From NCBI GenBank assembly GCA_946630785.1, contig CAMOZC010000001.1:1-50978 (forward strand): a stretch of 50,978 nt of DNA, given 5' to 3'. The DNA is from an uncultured Clostridia bacterium (GTDB lineage: Bacteria > Bacillota > Clostridia > Christensenellales > UBA1242). Position 1 is the stretch's first letter. Each line of letters opens with the position of its first letter. The translations under genes and the position numbers were made by a program. Under the pieces are notes generated by a model, which saw only the letters and a program-made list of their open reading frames with translations, did not search any database and was not told the origin of the DNA. This document shows positions 1-9,458 of the stretch, in pieces.

Positions 1-1
1 T

Positions 2-1168
2 ATGGATAAAAAAATTACAAAACAAAAAAATCAAGCGACAGTCGTAATGACTTTCACAAAAGAAGAATGGGAAGCTGCTAATGAAAGCGCTTACAAAAAA
101 AATGCTAGCAAATATAAAGTAGCAGGATTCCGTGCCGGTAAAGCACCACGCAAAATGATTGAACAACAATATGGAGCAGGTATCTTTGTCGAAGATGCAA
201 TTCAAGATTTATTCGCTGCTAATTTTGGTGACGATTTAAAATTAATTGATTATCCTCACTTGGATTTTGAATTTACCAAAGAAGGTGGAATTAAATTGAC
301 CGCTACTTGTGATATTGAACCTGAAGTTACTTTGGGACAATATACTGACTTAGAAATTAAAAAAACCGAAGTTAAAGTTGGTGCGAAAGACGTTGATGCT
401 TATTTAACCCGCTTACAACAAACTCGCGCGAAACAAGTTGCCGCCGAAAAAGATCATGCCGTTGCTAACGGTGATATTGCTGTAATTGATTTTAAAGGCA
501 GTGTTAATGGTAACTATTTTGAAGGTGGTACTGCACAAAATTATGAATTGGAAATTGGCAGTCACAGTTTCATCGATAATTTTGAAGACCAATTAATTGG
601 TATGAAGATTGGTGAAGAACGTGATGTTAACGTTACTTTCCCGAAGGAGTACCATGTTGAAAACTTACGCAATGCTAAGGCTAAATTTGAAATTAAATTG
701 AATAATATTATGATTAAACAATTACCAGCTTTGGATGACCAGTTCGCAAAAGAAGTTTCTGACTTTGATAACATGAAAGCATTCAAAGATGACATCTTGA
801 AAAAATTAACCGAACAAGCTACTAAGCAAGCCGAATATGCCGACGAAGAAAAATTGTTTGAAAAGATTATGGATAATGCCAAAGTAGAAATTCCTGATAA
901 AATGATTCATGATTATGCACATTCGATGATTCACGACATGGAACACCAATTGGCATCACAAGGTGCAACGATGGAAATGTATGCTCAATATATGGGCACA
1001 ACTGTTGAAAAGATTCACGAAGAACAACACACCTTGGCCGAGAAACAAGTTAAAATGCGTTTGGTTATGGATGCAATCGTGGAAAAAGAACATTTGTCTG
1101 ACAAAGATCGACAAAAACAATTTGATAAATTGACCATATTCTTAAAGGGGAGAAACAAAATATGTTAG
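2..1168 (+). CDS. tig: Trigger factor (ribosome-associated chaperone / PPIase), 388 aa, shorter than usual at the C-terminus
   Basis: Has the N-terminal ribosome-docking signature GFRAGKAP and a central FKBP-type segment ([13 protein letters not shown]). Sits in tig-clpP-clpX order. The 3' end overlaps the clpP start by 7 nt. Confidence 0.9.
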   Translation: MDKKITKQKNQATVVMTFTKEEWEAANESAYKKNASKYKVAGFRAGKAPRKMIEQQYGAGIFVEDAIQDLFAANFGDDLKLIDYPHLDFEFTKEGGIKLTATCDIEPEVTLGQYTDLEIKKTEVKVGAKDVDAYLTRLQQTRAKQVAAEKDHAVANGDIAVIDFKGSVNGNYFEGGTAQNYELEIGSHSFIDNFEDQLIGMKIGEERDVNVTFPKEYHVENLRNAKAKFEIKLNNIMIKQLPALDDQFAKEVSDFDNMKAFKDDILKKLTEQATKQAEYADEEKLFEKIMDNAKVEIPDKMIHDYAHSMIHDMEHQLASQGATMEMYAQYMGTTVEKIHEEQHTLAEKQVKMRLVMDAIVEKEHLSDKDRQKQFDKLTIFLKGRNKIC

Positions 1169-1743
1169 TTCCAATGGTCGTTGACCAAACAGCGAATGGT
1201 GAACGTAGTTATGACATTTACAGTCGCTTGTTGGAAGACCGCATTGTTTTCTTGAACGGGGAAGTCAACGCGCAATCGGCTAATTTGGTCGTGGCGCAGT
1301 TGATTTATTTGGAAGCTAAAGACCCAAACAAAGATATCTCGTTGTACATTAATAGTCCAGGAGGTACTGTTACCGACGGCTTCGCAATTTATGATACAAT
1401 GCAATACATTAAGTGTGACGTATCAACCATTTGTGTTGGTATGGCGGCTTCCATGGGTGCGTTCTTGTTGTCGGCTGGTGCTAAGGGAAAACGCTATGCT
1501 TTAGCCAATAGTGAAATTATGATTCACCAACCACTCGGTGGTACACAAGGACAAGCTACGGATATTCAAATTCAGGCCGAACATATTTTGCGTTTGAAAA
1601 AACGTTTGACCAAAATTTTGGCAGATAATTGCGGTAAATCCGAAACTCAAGTCGCGGCGGATTGTGAACGCGACCATTACATGAGCGCGAACGAAGCTAA
1701 AGAATACGGCTTGGTGGATAAAGTCTTTACCAAACGTGGTTAA
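1162..1743 (+). CDS. clpP: ATP-dependent Clp protease proteolytic subunit
   Basis: N-terminus is [11 protein letters not shown]. Catalytic Ser context GMAASMGA, His context IMIHQP, Asp context ERDHYMSA. An SD-like AAAGGGGAG lies upstream. Confidence 0.95.
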   Translation: MLVPMVVDQTANGERSYDIYSRLLEDRIVFLNGEVNAQSANLVVAQLIYLEAKDPNKDISLYINSPGGTVTDGFAIYDTMQYIKCDVSTICVGMAASMGAFLLSAGAKGKRYALANSEIMIHQPLGGTQGQATDIQIQAEHILRLKKRLTKILADNCGKSETQVAADCERDHYMSANEAKEYGLVDKVFTKRG

Positions 1744-1823
1744 AAGATTGTGTGTTGTTGGGTATAATTGCACCCGACAATGGAAAAATAACAAATGATT
1801 GATGGTCAAGAAGGAGGTGCCAT

Positions 1824-3155
1824 ATGACCACTTTATGCAGTTTTTGCGGACGTAGTAGCCGTGAAGTTAAAAAAATTATCGGCAGCCCAACTGGGTCGGC
1901 CTATATTTGTGAATATTGTATTGAAGCGTGTGCGGATGTTTTGTTGGCTAATCGCGAACATAAAGCACCAGCTGATTTGGTTTTGTTACCACCAGCTGAA
2001 ATCAAAGCCAAGTTGGACGAATATATTATCGGACAAGACGAGGCCAAGAAGACTTTGTCGGTGGCGGTGTATAACCATTACAAACGCATCAATTACAATC
2101 AATATTTAAAACACAGTAAGAAGAAAGACCGTAAACCAGATGACGTCGAATTAGAAAAGAGTAACATCTTAATGATTGGACCCACTGGTTCGGGTAAAAC
2201 TTTGATGGCAAAAAATCTTGCCCGTATTTTGGATGTACCATTTGCGATTGCCGATGCGACGACCTTGACCGAAGCCGGTTATGTCGGTGAAGACGTCGAA
2301 AACATTTTGTTAAAGTTGTTGCAAAATTGTGACTATGACGTGGAAAAAGCACAACGTGGTATTGTTTATATTGATGAGATTGATAAAATTGCGAAGAAAG
2401 GCGAAAACCGCAGTATTACACGTGACGTTTCTGGTGAAGGCGTACAACAATCATTGTTGAAAATTATTGAAGGTACGATTGCCAATGTACCACCTCAAGG
2501 TGGACGCAAACACCCCAGTCAAGAATGTATCCAGATTGATACTTCCAATATTTTATTTATCGTGGGTGGTGCTTTCGTTGGTTTGGAGAAAATTGTTTCC
2601 GCGCGCTTGAATGGCAGTGGTTTGGGCTTTGGCGCCGAGTTAAAAAACAATACAGACGAATCCGCTTCAGTCACTGACGTGAAAAAAGTTAGCCCGGTTG
2701 ATTTAGTAAAATTCGGTATCATTCCAGAATTTGTGGGACGTGTTCCTGTTGTTGTTGGCTTGGATGCGTTGGATCGTGAAGCCTTAATTAAAATTTTAAC
2801 GCAACCCAAAAACGCGCTGATTAAACAATTCGTAAAAATGTTTTCTTTGGATAATGTTAAGTTGGAGATTACCAAGGACGCGATTGAACGGATTGCGGAT
2901 TTGGCTTTGGAATTAAAAACGGGCGCCCGCGGTTTGCGTACCATTTTAGAAGATGCCTTGTTGGACGTTATGTATGCGACACCGGCGGACAAAACCATTG
3001 ATAAAATCATTATTGATGCCAATGTCATTAACAAGGTGGCGAAACCCAAAATTGTACATGCCGAAAAGAAAGCCATCGCGACCGAAAAGTCAGCCAGTGC
3101 CGATAGTCCTGTGACAGAAATTAAAACTAAAACAGCCGCCAAAACTTCGGCGTGA
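1824..3155 (+). CDS. clpX: ATP-dependent Clp protease ATP-binding subunit ClpX, with a roughly 30-aa low-complexity C-terminal tail
   Basis: N-terminal zinc ribbon CSFCGR..CEYC, Walker A GPTGSGKT, Walker [12 protein letters not shown]-like loop region, SD GAAGGAGG 6 nt upstream. Confidence 0.95.
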   Translation: MTTLCSFCGRSSREVKKIIGSPTGSAYICEYCIEACADVLLANREHKAPADLVLLPPAEIKAKLDEYIIGQDEAKKTLSVAVYNHYKRINYNQYLKHSKKKDRKPDDVELEKSNILMIGPTGSGKTLMAKNLARILDVPFAIADATTLTEAGYVGEDVENILLKLLQNCDYDVEKAQRGIVYIDEIDKIAKKGENRSITRDVSGEGVQQSLLKIIEGTIANVPPQGGRKHPSQECIQIDTSNILFIVGGAFVGLEKIVSARLNGSGLGFGAELKNNTDESASVTDVKKVSPVDLVKFGIIPEFVGRVPVVVGLDALDREALIKILTQPKNALIKQFVKMFSLDNVKLEITKDAIERIADLALELKTGARGLRTILEDALLDVMYATPADKTIDKIIIDANVINKVAKPKIVHAEKKAIATEKSASADSPVTEIKTKTAAKTSA

Positions 3156-3177
3156 ATAACTGCTTACTAAAAAAACA

Positions 3178-3207
3178 AAGACCCGCATCTTTACGGGTCT
3201 TTTTTGT
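3178..3207 (+). terminator. Rho-independent terminator after clpX
   Basis: Hairpin aagacccg / cgggtctt with a 7-8 nt loop, followed by a T-run. Confidence 0.8.
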
Positions 3208-3247
3208 ATGTAGTGCAAGAACCCCTTGTGGTTTGTATGGAGTAGAT

Positions 3248-3256
3248 GGTATACTG
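3248..3256 (+). promoter_or_regulatory. Extended -10 (TGgTATACT) for the LRR surface protein gene
   Basis: TG-n-TATACT lies about 48 nt upstream of the ATG. SD AAGGAG at 3290-3295. Confidence 0.5.
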
Positions 3257-3303
3257 TCATGAGTATTTGTAAAAATGCAAATACTATTTAAGGAGAAAAA
3301 CCA

Positions 3304-4404
3304 ATGCCAAAGAAATCAATTATCGCAATTTTAAGTGCGGTCGTGTTAATGGTGGTGGCGTCAGTTACTTTGGTGTTTACCATTGGACCCAAAACCAGCG
3401 CGGACAGCGAAGTAATTGAAACGGTGCCAGTTGAGTATCTGAATTTGACCAATTATGGTAAAATCTTGGGTAATGGTTCCAGTTATGGTGGGAATGCATT
3501 TACCGCGGACGGAATAACATGGATTCAAAACCATTTTCAAAACCATGCAAAATACCGCGTGGAAATTCCCGAAGGTGTGACCCATATTTGCAGTTACGCG
3601 TTCCATGGTTGCAGTGGTTTAACGAGTATTACGATACCCGAAAGTGTGACTGGTATCGGCAATAGAGCGTTCGATTGGTGCAGTGACTTAACGAGTATTA
3701 CGATACCATCCAGTGTGACCAGTATTGGCGATGAAGCGTTCGCTTATTGCAGTGGCTTAACGGGTATTACGATACTCGAAGGAGTGACCAGTATTGGCGA
3801 TCACGCGTTCGAAGATTGCAGTGGCTTAACAAGTATTACGATACCCGAAAGTGTGACCAGTATTGGTGAATACGCGTTCCGTGATTGCAGTGGATTAACG
3901 AGTGTTAATATACCCGAAGGAGTGACCAGTATTGACCAAGGCACGTTCTTTGGTTGCAGTGACTTAACGAGTATTACGATACCCGAAAGTGTGACCAGTA
4001 TTGGTCATAACGCGTTCCGTGATTGCAGTGGCTTAACGAGTGTTACTTTTGCCGAGAATTCTCAATTAACCAGTATTGGCGGAGATGCGTTCTCTGGTTG
4101 CAGTAGGTTAAAGAGTATTACGATACCATCTAGTGTGACCAGTATTAGCTATGCCCCGTTCAAGGATTGCGATAAGTTAACCGAAATTATAATTCATAAT
4201 CCGGATTTGATAGACGAGCCCGGTTTAGCTGAATACAAAAATTCTGACATTGTCCGTTATGAAGGGTCAACCGAACCTGCAACCCCAGTTGAAAATCAAA
4301 GTACTATCAACAACCAAAACAATAGTGCTTTGATTTGGGGGATTGCAGGCACCGCCGCGGGTATCGTCGTTGGTATCGTAATTAGCAAACGCCGACGTAA
4401 ATAA
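3304..4404 (+). CDS. BspA-type leucine-rich-repeat surface protein (LRR_5-like) with an N-terminal signal/anchor and a C-terminal TM anchor
   Basis: Nine consecutive ~23-aa repeats with consensus ITIPESVTSIGxxAFxxCSGLTS. N-terminal hydrophobic segment IIAILSAVVLMVVASVTLVF. C-terminal helix LIWGIAGTAAGIVVGIVI followed by KRRRK. Confidence 0.85.
   Translation: MPKKSIIAILSAVVLMVVASVTLVFTIGPKTSADSEVIETVPVEYLNLTNYGKILGNGSSYGGNAFTADGITWIQNHFQNHAKYRVEIPEGVTHICSYAFHGCSGLTSITIPESVTGIGNRAFDWCSDLTSITIPSSVTSIGDEAFAYCSGLTGITILEGVTSIGDHAFEDCSGLTSITIPESVTSIGEYAFRDCSGLTSVNIPEGVTSIDQGTFFGCSDLTSITIPESVTSIGHNAFRDCSGLTSVTFAENSQLTSIGGDAFSGCSRLKSITIPSSVTSISYAPFKDCDKLTEIIIHNPDLIDEPGLAEYKNSDIVRYEGSTEPATPVENQSTINNQNNSALIWGIAGTAAGIVVGIVISKRRRK
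3559..4185 (+). repeat. In-frame tandem array of nine ~69-bp units (one is 75 bp) encoding the LRR modules
   Basis: Units starting at 3832 and 3970 are exactly 2 x 69 nt apart. They share identical runs of 36 nt (agtattacgatacccgaaagtgtgaccagtattggt) and about 20 nt (gcgttccgtgattgcagtgg). Confidence 0.9.
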
Positions 4405-4424
4405 TTATTACAAGCAAAACAAAA

Positions 4425-4456
4425 AGTCTGACAAAATCCGTCGGGCTTTTTTTTCT
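4425..4456 (+). terminator. Rho-independent terminator after the LRR gene
   Basis: agtctgac / gtcgggct stem (two G-U pairs), 7-nt loop, T8 run. Confidence 0.7.
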
Positions 4457-4481
4457 GGTTTGAATTTGGGGATTTGGTGGT

Positions 4482-5246
4482 ATGATGGAATTGTTAATGA
4501 ACGCCAAAATTTTAAACGGTAATGTTTTGAAATTAATTGCCATTGTTGCGATGACTTTGGACCATGTGGCGTGGGTAGTGTGGTCGGTGCATGGTTTTCA
4601 CGTGGGATTATTGGTGATACGGGTAATCGGCAGGCTGACTTTACCAATCATGTGTTTTTTAATTGCGGAAGGTTTCTTTTATACACGTAGTCGTGCAAAG
4701 TATGCGTTAAGGTTGTTTTTGTTTGCGGTGATTGCACATTTTGCTTTCATGTTTTGTTTTAATCAGGGGCAAGGAAAATGGTTTTTTGTGCCGTTCTTGG
4801 GTGGTGACTGGCAGGGGCAAACTAGTGTTATGTGGGGATTGGCTTGGGGATTGATTTTGCTGTGGGTTTTTCATACTAATTGGCACTGGGTATGGAAATT
4901 TTTGGCGGGTGCGGCGATTATCTTTTTGACTTTGCCGGCGGATTGGGGTTGTGTTGCGCCATTATTAATTTTGGCATTTGGCAAAAACCGCGGACATTTT
5001 TTATTACAAATGTTTTGGTTGGTGGCAATCGTTTGGGTGGATACATTTGTTACGCTGGCGTATTCTCATTCGGTTATGGCTTTGATTAACTTAATGGTGA
5101 TTATTTGTGTTCCGGTCTTATGGCAATACAACGGACAGCGCGGCAGGTCGGTACGCTTGAATCGTTTCTTGAAATGGTTTTTCTACCTTTATTACCCGTT
5201 ACATTTGTTTGTGATTGGGTTACTTCTGTTTTATGGTTTGATTTAA
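4482..5246 (+). CDS. TraX-family polytopic membrane protein (putative acyltransferase-like)
   Basis: N-terminal LKLIAIVAMTLDHVAW matches the TraX-family pattern (K-x-IA-x-x-x-M-x-x-DH). About 7-8 hydrophobic helices. The true start may be the ATG at 4497, because 4482 lies inside a TGgTATGAT extended -10 box (4478-4486). Confidence 0.6.
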   Translation: MMELLMNAKILNGNVLKLIAIVAMTLDHVAWVVWSVHGFHVGLLVIRVIGRLTLPIMCFLIAEGFFYTRSRAKYALRLFLFAVIAHFAFMFCFNQGQGKWFFVPFLGGDWQGQTSVMWGLAWGLILLWVFHTNWHWVWKFLAGAAIIFLTLPADWGCVAPLLILAFGKNRGHFLLQMFWLVAIVWVDTFVTLAYSHSVMALINLMVIICVPVLWQYNGQRGRSVRLNRFLKWFFYLYYPLHLFVIGLLLFYGLI

Positions 5247-5256
5247 AACAATAAAA

Positions 5257-5291
5257 AACCCGACTGTGCATCGGGTTCTGTGTTTTTTTTT
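5257..5291. terminator. Bidirectional rho-independent terminator between convergent genes
   Basis: aacccga / tcgggtt hairpin flanked by an A-run upstream and a T-run downstream. Confidence 0.75.
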
Positions 5292-5292
5292 G

Positions 5293-5565
5293 TTAAGCTT
5301 GTTTTTGGTCGGGGACATCGGCGCTGATTAACGAAACTTTGTAGCCGGTCCATTTTTGACTGATTTCTTCTAGGGTAGATGGGGCAGTGACTTCGGTATC
5401 GTATTTAGTGGCTAATTCAAAATAGTATTTGATTAACTCTTCGGCGCAGGCATAAACAGATTCCAAGGTTTCACCTTCGCAGTACAAAGTTAAATCTGGG
5501 ATGTAGCCGTTATAAACATTTTCATCCTCATTAAAAATGAATACCATTGGATAGGTAAATCTCAT
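5293..5565 (-). CDS. HicB-like (HicB_lk_antitox fold) small protein with no adjacent HicA
   Basis: MRFTYPMVFIFNEDENVYNGYIPDL..CEGETLESVYACAEELI fits the HicB N-terminal pattern (Y-P-x-x-f...g-Y-x-x-x-x-PDL-x-g-c-x-x-x-G-x-T-x-e-E). No C-terminal DNA-binding domain. Confidence 0.6.
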   Translation of the reverse strand: MRFTYPMVFIFNEDENVYNGYIPDLTLYCEGETLESVYACAEELIKYYFELATKYDTEVTAPSTLEEISQKWTGYKVSLISADVPDQKQA

Positions 5566-5571
5566 ATTCTA

Positions 5572-5621
5572 ATTTTAGAAAATAAATTGCTACTTGTCAA
5601 AAGATTATTTTATGGTATAAT
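5572..5621. promoter_or_regulatory. Back-to-back divergent promoters sharing a palindromic -35 core (TTGTCAA / TTGACAA)
   Basis: Minus strand: TTGACA (5600-5595), 17 nt, TAAAAT (5577-5572), 6 nt, ATG (5565). Plus strand: TTGTCA (5594-5599), 16 nt, TGgTATAAT (5613-5621), 6 nt, ATG (5628). Confidence 0.7.
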
Positions 5622-5627
5622 GCAAAT

Positions 5628-5855
5628 ATGGAGACAGAAAAGAAAGTGCAAGACGCGAGAGGATTTGTCGTTTTAAAAGGCAAAGTGTTCGGTTTTAATA
5701 TGGAGGGTAAACAACCGCGCATGCATGAAAGTATCGCCAGGGATTTAGAAAGTCGTGGTGTCAGTATGGGTCAATTGAATTTTAATAATTTCCGCGTTGA
5801 CGAGTTAGCATCACAAACAGAAAAGAACCTTGCGAATCGTCATATTGAACGTTAA
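5628..5855 (+). CDS. Hypothetical 75-aa protein, apparently leaderless
   Basis: Open frame with a near-consensus promoter ending 6 nt before the ATG. No recognisable motif. Confidence 0.5.
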   Translation: METEKKVQDARGFVVLKGKVFGFNMEGKQPRMHESIARDLESRGVSMGQLNFNNFRVDELASQTEKNLANRHIER

Positions 5856-5899
5856 ATTTAAACAGTTGATTGAACAATTTAATAATATAAAAAACTACA

Positions 5900-5928
5900 T
5901 TGACAATTTTTTTGAAAAAAGTTAAAAT
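5900..5928 (+). promoter_or_regulatory. str-operon promoter
   Basis: TTGACA (5900-5905), 17 nt, TAAAAT (5923-5928). Followed by a leader with SD AGGAGAAGGGAG (5945-5956). Confidence 0.75.
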
Positions 5929-5961
5929 AACATTTATAACATTTAGGAGAAGGGAGAAAGT

Positions 5962-6336
5962 ATGCCTACGATTAACCAGTTAATCAAAAATGGACGTAAA
6001 AAGTCTGCTAGCAAAAGCAAGGCTCCAATTTTGGAACAAAACCCACAAAAACGTGGTACCTGCTTGCAAGTAAAGACTACTACGCCAAAAAAACCAAACT
6101 CTGCATTGCGTAAAGTTGCGCGTGTACGTTTGTCAAACAAGCAAGAAGGTACTTGCTATATCGGTGGTGAAGGCCACAACTTACAGGAACACAGCGTGGT
6201 ATTAGTACGTGGTGGTAAAGTTAAAGATTTACCAGGTGTACGTTATCACATCGTTCGCGGTGCTTTGGACTGCGCTGGTGTTGCAAAACGTAACCAAGGT
6301 CGTTCTAAATACGGCGCTAAGAGGGGGAAGAAATAA
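5962..6336 (+). CDS. rpsL: 30S ribosomal protein S12
   Basis: MPTINQLI..., [44 protein letters not shown]. Confidence 0.98.
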   Translation: MPTINQLIKNGRKKSASKSKAPILEQNPQKRGTCLQVKTTTPKKPNSALRKVARVRLSNKQEGTCYIGGEGHNLQEHSVVLVRGGKVKDLPGVRYHIVRGALDCAGVAKRNQGRSKYGAKRGKK

Positions 6337-6806
6337 TGCCAAGACGTAGTGGAATTACACCGCGCGAAGTTTTACCAGATCCAATCTATAAATCAACCGT
6401 GGTGACAAAATTAATCAATCAAGTTATGGTAGACGGTAAAAAGGGTATCGCCCAAGAAATCGTTTACAACGCTTTAACTGGTTTGCAAAAGAAAACTAAC
6501 GTTGAACCAATGACCGCTTTCAATCAAGCATTGGAAAACGTTATGCCTGTTTTGGAAACTAAAGCTCGTCGTGTTGGTGGTAGCAACTACCAAGTTCCAT
6601 GCGAAGTTCGTCCGGCACGTCGCCAAACTTTGGCTATTCGCTGGTTGGTTGACGCTGCACGTAAACGTAGTGAACGTGGTATGGAAGCTTGCTTAACAGC
6701 AGAATTGTTTGATGCTTATAACCAAACCGGTGGCGCTTTCAAAAAGAAAGAAGAAATGCACCGTATGGCTGAAGCCAACAAAGCTTTCGCTCATTATAAA
6801 TGGTAA
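6336..6806 (+). CDS. rpsG: 30S ribosomal protein S7
   Basis: MPRR...PDPIY motif and a C-terminal AHYKW-type ending. TAATG stop/start overlap with rpsL. Confidence 0.97.
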   Translation: MPRRSGITPREVLPDPIYKSTVVTKLINQVMVDGKKGIAQEIVYNALTGLQKKTNVEPMTAFNQALENVMPVLETKARRVGGSNYQVPCEVRPARRQTLAIRWLVDAARKRSERGMEACLTAELFDAYNQTGGAFKKKEEMHRMAEANKAFAHYKW

Positions 6807-6820
6807 GAGAAATGCAGTCT

Positions 6821-6861
6821 ACGCGTCGGTAAATCTACCGACGCGTTTGGCTGTTTTTTTA
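6821..6861 (+). terminator. Perfect 11-bp hairpin plus T-run between rpsG and fusA (attenuator or internal terminator candidate)
   Basis: acgcgtcggta (6821-6831), loop aatc, taccgacgcgt (6836-6846), then ttggctgttttttt. Confidence 0.55.
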
Positions 6862-6895
6862 TATTTAAAAACAATAAAGGGGATAATTTAAAATT

Positions 6896-8974
6896 ATGGC
6901 AAGAACAACAGATTTAAGGGACTATCGTAATATCGGTATTATGGCGCACATTGATGCGGGTAAAACTACAACTACCGAACGTATTTTGTATTATACTGGT
7001 ATGACTCACAAAATTGGTGAGGTTCATGATGGTGCAGCAACAACCGACTGGATGGTTCAAGAGCAAGAACGTGGTATTACCATTACTTCTGCTTGCGTTA
7101 CCGTTATGTGGAAAAATCACCGTATTAACATTATTGATACACCCGGTCACGTTGACTTCACGGTTGAAGTTGAACGTTCTTTAAAGGTTTTGGACGGTAG
7201 TGTGGCGGTCTTCTGTGCTCGTGCTGGTGTTCAACCACAAAGTGAAAAAGTTTGGAGCCAAGCAAACAAATATCATGTTCCAAGAATTGCTTATATTAAC
7301 AAGATGGACCGTGATGATGCTAACTTCTTACGTGCCGTACAAACTATGCGCGACCGTTTGAAAGCAAATCCAGTTCCAATTCAATTACCAATTGGTGCTG
7401 AAAAAGATTTCCGCGGTATTATTGACTTGGTTACGATGAAAGCAACTATCTATACCAATGATTTAGGTACAGATATGAAAGTTGAAGAAATTCCAGCTGA
7501 TATGTTGGAAGAAGCTAAGAAATATCGTGCTCAAATGATTGAAGCTGTGGCTGAAACTGATGATGCATTGATGGAAAAATTCTTCGCTGGTGAAGAATTT
7601 ACCGAAGCTGAAATTCGTGCTGGTTTACGTAAAGGTACCGTAACCTTGAAATTTACCCCAGTATTATGCGGTTCTTCATTTAAAAACAAAGGTGTTCAAT
7701 TGTTGTTGGATGCGATTGTTGATTACTTGCCAAGCCCAGTTGATGTTCCTGCTATTAAAGGTAACCGTCCTGGTGAAGAAGAATTAATTGAACGTAAGAG
7801 CAGTGATGATGAACCTTTCGCAGGTTTGGCCTTTAAAGTTGCAACTGACCCATTTGTTGGTAGTTTGTGCTTCTTCCGTGTTTACAGTGGTAAATTAACG
7901 GCTGGTAGTTATGTTTATAACAGTACTAAAGATAAAAAAGAACGTGTTGGCCGTATCGTTCAAATGTACGCTAACCAACGTAAAGAAATTGACGAATTGG
8001 TAGCCGGCGATATTGGTGCGATTGTTGGCTTGAAAGATACTACTACTGGTGATACACTTTGCGACGAAAAGAATCCAATTTTATTGGAAAGTATGAACTT
8101 CGCTGAACCAGTTATTCAAAACGCGATTGAGCCAGCTAACAAACAAATGCAAGATAAGATGGTTGCGGCTTTGATTAAATTGTCTCAAGAAGACCCAACT
8201 TTCAAAACATTCACTGACCCAGAAACTTCACAAACAATTATTGCTGGTATGGGCGAATTACACTTGGAAATTATGGTTGACCGTTTGCGTCGTGAATTTA
8301 AAGTTGACGTTAATGTTGGTAAACCACAAGTTGCTTATCGTGAAACCATCCGTAAACGTGTTGACGTTGAAGGTAAATACATTAAACAATCCGGTGGTCA
8401 TGGTCAATATGGTCATTGTAAAATCATTATGGAACCATTGGAAACCGGTAAAGGTTATGTCTTTGAAGATAAAACCGTTGGTGGTTCAATTCCAAAGGAA
8501 TATATCCCAGCTATTAACAAAGGTATTGAAGAAGCAAAACGTTCAGGTGTCTTAGCTGGTTACGAAACTGTTGACTTTAAAGTTACCGTTTATGATGGTT
8601 CTTACCACGAAGTTGATAGTTCGGAAATGGCGTTTAAGGCTGCTGGTTCAATCGCTTTCAAAGATGGTGCTCGTGCTGCTAACCCAGTATTGTTGGAACC
8701 AATCATGAAGATGGTAATTGAAACCCCAGAAGAATACTTAGGTGACGTTATGGGTAACATTTCTTCACGTCGTGGTCAATTACAAGGTATGGACAGCCGT
8801 CAAGGTACCCAAATCATTAACGCTTTGGTTCCATTGTCTGAATTGTTTGGTTATGCAACCGATTTACGTTCTTTGACCCAAGGTCGTGGTACCTTCGATA
8901 TGGTCTTTGACCACTATGATGAAGTACCAAAGAACGTTGCAGAAAAAATTATCGGCGAACGTGCGAAGAAATAA
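6896..8974 (+). CDS. fusA: Elongation factor G
   Basis: G1 [22 protein letters not shown]. 692 aa, colinear with EF-G throughout. Confidence 0.98.
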   Translation: MARTTDLRDYRNIGIMAHIDAGKTTTTERILYYTGMTHKIGEVHDGAATTDWMVQEQERGITITSACVTVMWKNHRINIIDTPGHVDFTVEVERSLKVLDGSVAVFCARAGVQPQSEKVWSQANKYHVPRIAYINKMDRDDANFLRAVQTMRDRLKANPVPIQLPIGAEKDFRGIIDLVTMKATIYTNDLGTDMKVEEIPADMLEEAKKYRAQMIEAVAETDDALMEKFFAGEEFTEAEIRAGLRKGTVTLKFTPVLCGSSFKNKGVQLLLDAIVDYLPSPVDVPAIKGNRPGEEELIERKSSDDEPFAGLAFKVATDPFVGSLCFFRVYSGKLTAGSYVYNSTKDKKERVGRIVQMYANQRKEIDELVAGDIGAIVGLKDTTTGDTLCDEKNPILLESMNFAEPVIQNAIEPANKQMQDKMVAALIKLSQEDPTFKTFTDPETSQTIIAGMGELHLEIMVDRLRREFKVDVNVGKPQVAYRETIRKRVDVEGKYIKQSGGHGQYGHCKIIMEPLETGKGYVFEDKTVGGSIPKEYIPAINKGIEEAKRSGVLAGYETVDFKVTVYDGSYHEVDSSEMAFKAAGSIAFKDGARAANPVLLEPIMKMVIETPEEYLGDVMGNISSRRGQLQGMDSRQGTQIINALVPLSELFGYATDLRSLTQGRGTFDMVFDHYDEVPKNVAEKIIGERAKK

Positions 8975-9001
8975 TCCAACCGCATAGTTTGAATAATTCA
9001 C

Positions 9002-9036
9002 AAAAAGCAGTAGGATTTGGTCCTACTTGCTTTTTA
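9002..9036 (+). terminator. Rho-independent terminator after fusA
   Basis: gcagtagga / tcctac(t)tgc hairpin (one bulge) followed by T5. Confidence 0.75.
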
Positions 9037-9095
9037 TAAGCAAAAGATTTTAAAATAGTTATCATATTTAAGAAAAGGAATGAATATATATAGTT

Positions 9096-9350
9096 ATGAA
9101 GAAAACACATCCAATTATTAATCATCAAAACAAAACAGTAGAAAAACCTGATTTAACACAAGACGTATCGGAAAAAGATCGCTTGATTTATTTTATCTCG
9201 TCATGCAGCAGTTACTATGGCGATAAGTTATTAGACTTTATGGATAAATACCATTTAACAGCATTGAAAGATGCAACCGAATTCCAATTAAAAGAGTTCA
9301 TTGCATTGAACCCATTCCTAGACCCAACCAGGGAACAAACGCGCATCTGA
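9096..9350 (+). CDS. Hypothetical 84-aa protein
   Basis: Open frame bounded by an upstream TATATA box 5 nt from the ATG and a downstream terminator. No motif recognised. Confidence 0.4.
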   Translation: MKKTHPIINHQNKTVEKPDLTQDVSEKDRLIYFISSCSSYYGDKLLDFMDKYHLTALKDATEFQLKEFIALNPFLDPTREQTRI

Positions 9351-9378
9351 AATCTGTAAAATTTTGTTACATGTCAAC

Positions 9379-9405
9379 AACCCGACCGCGTGTCGGGTTT
9401 TTTGT
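9379..9405 (+). terminator. Rho-independent terminator
   Basis: aacccgac / gtcgggtt hairpin with a 5-nt loop, then a T-run. Confidence 0.8.
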
Positions 9406-9458
9406 TTGTCAGTAAGTTTTTTTGCGGGAGAGCAAATTATGGGTAAATTAGAAAGCAG

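Noticed and set aside
562-882. Many 60-210-aa antisense or out-of-frame ORFs inside conserved genes, for example 562-882, 1165-1404, 2519-3142, 26216-26680, 27137-27622, 31508-31840, 33453-33764, 12810-13088 and 48480-48851.
   Set aside because: They lie entirely within strongly supported genes (tig, clpP, clpX, virB4-like, ntpA, ntpK and others). They have low-complexity or odd composition and no promoter, SD or motif support. They are typical shadow ORFs.
1744-1823. The clpP-clpX intergenic region as a possible regulatory RNA.
   Set aside because: It is explained by an internal TATAAT promoter-like box (GGGTATAAT) and a standard SD leader for clpX. No conserved structure is evident.
3559-4185. 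Regularly spaced 69-bp repeats that might look like a CRISPR array.
   Set aside because: The repeats are contiguous with no unique spacers, are in-frame within a long ORF, and encode a recognisable LRR consensus. No cas genes are present.
4482-5246. The TraX-family gene as a possible pilin-acetylase component of the T4SS-like module.
   Set aside because: It lies 14 kb away in a separate transcription unit flanked by terminators. TraX-family membrane proteins are widespread in Bacillota outside conjugative contexts, and no pilin-like gene is visible.
5293-5855. Interpreting the hicB-like gene plus the neighbouring small ORF as a canonical HicAB toxin-antitoxin pair.
   Set aside because: The 75-aa protein shows none of the HicA features (about 60 aa, dsRBD-like, conserved G-S-H region) and is divergently transcribed rather than co-transcribed. 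It is kept only as a speculative non-canonical pair in the findings.
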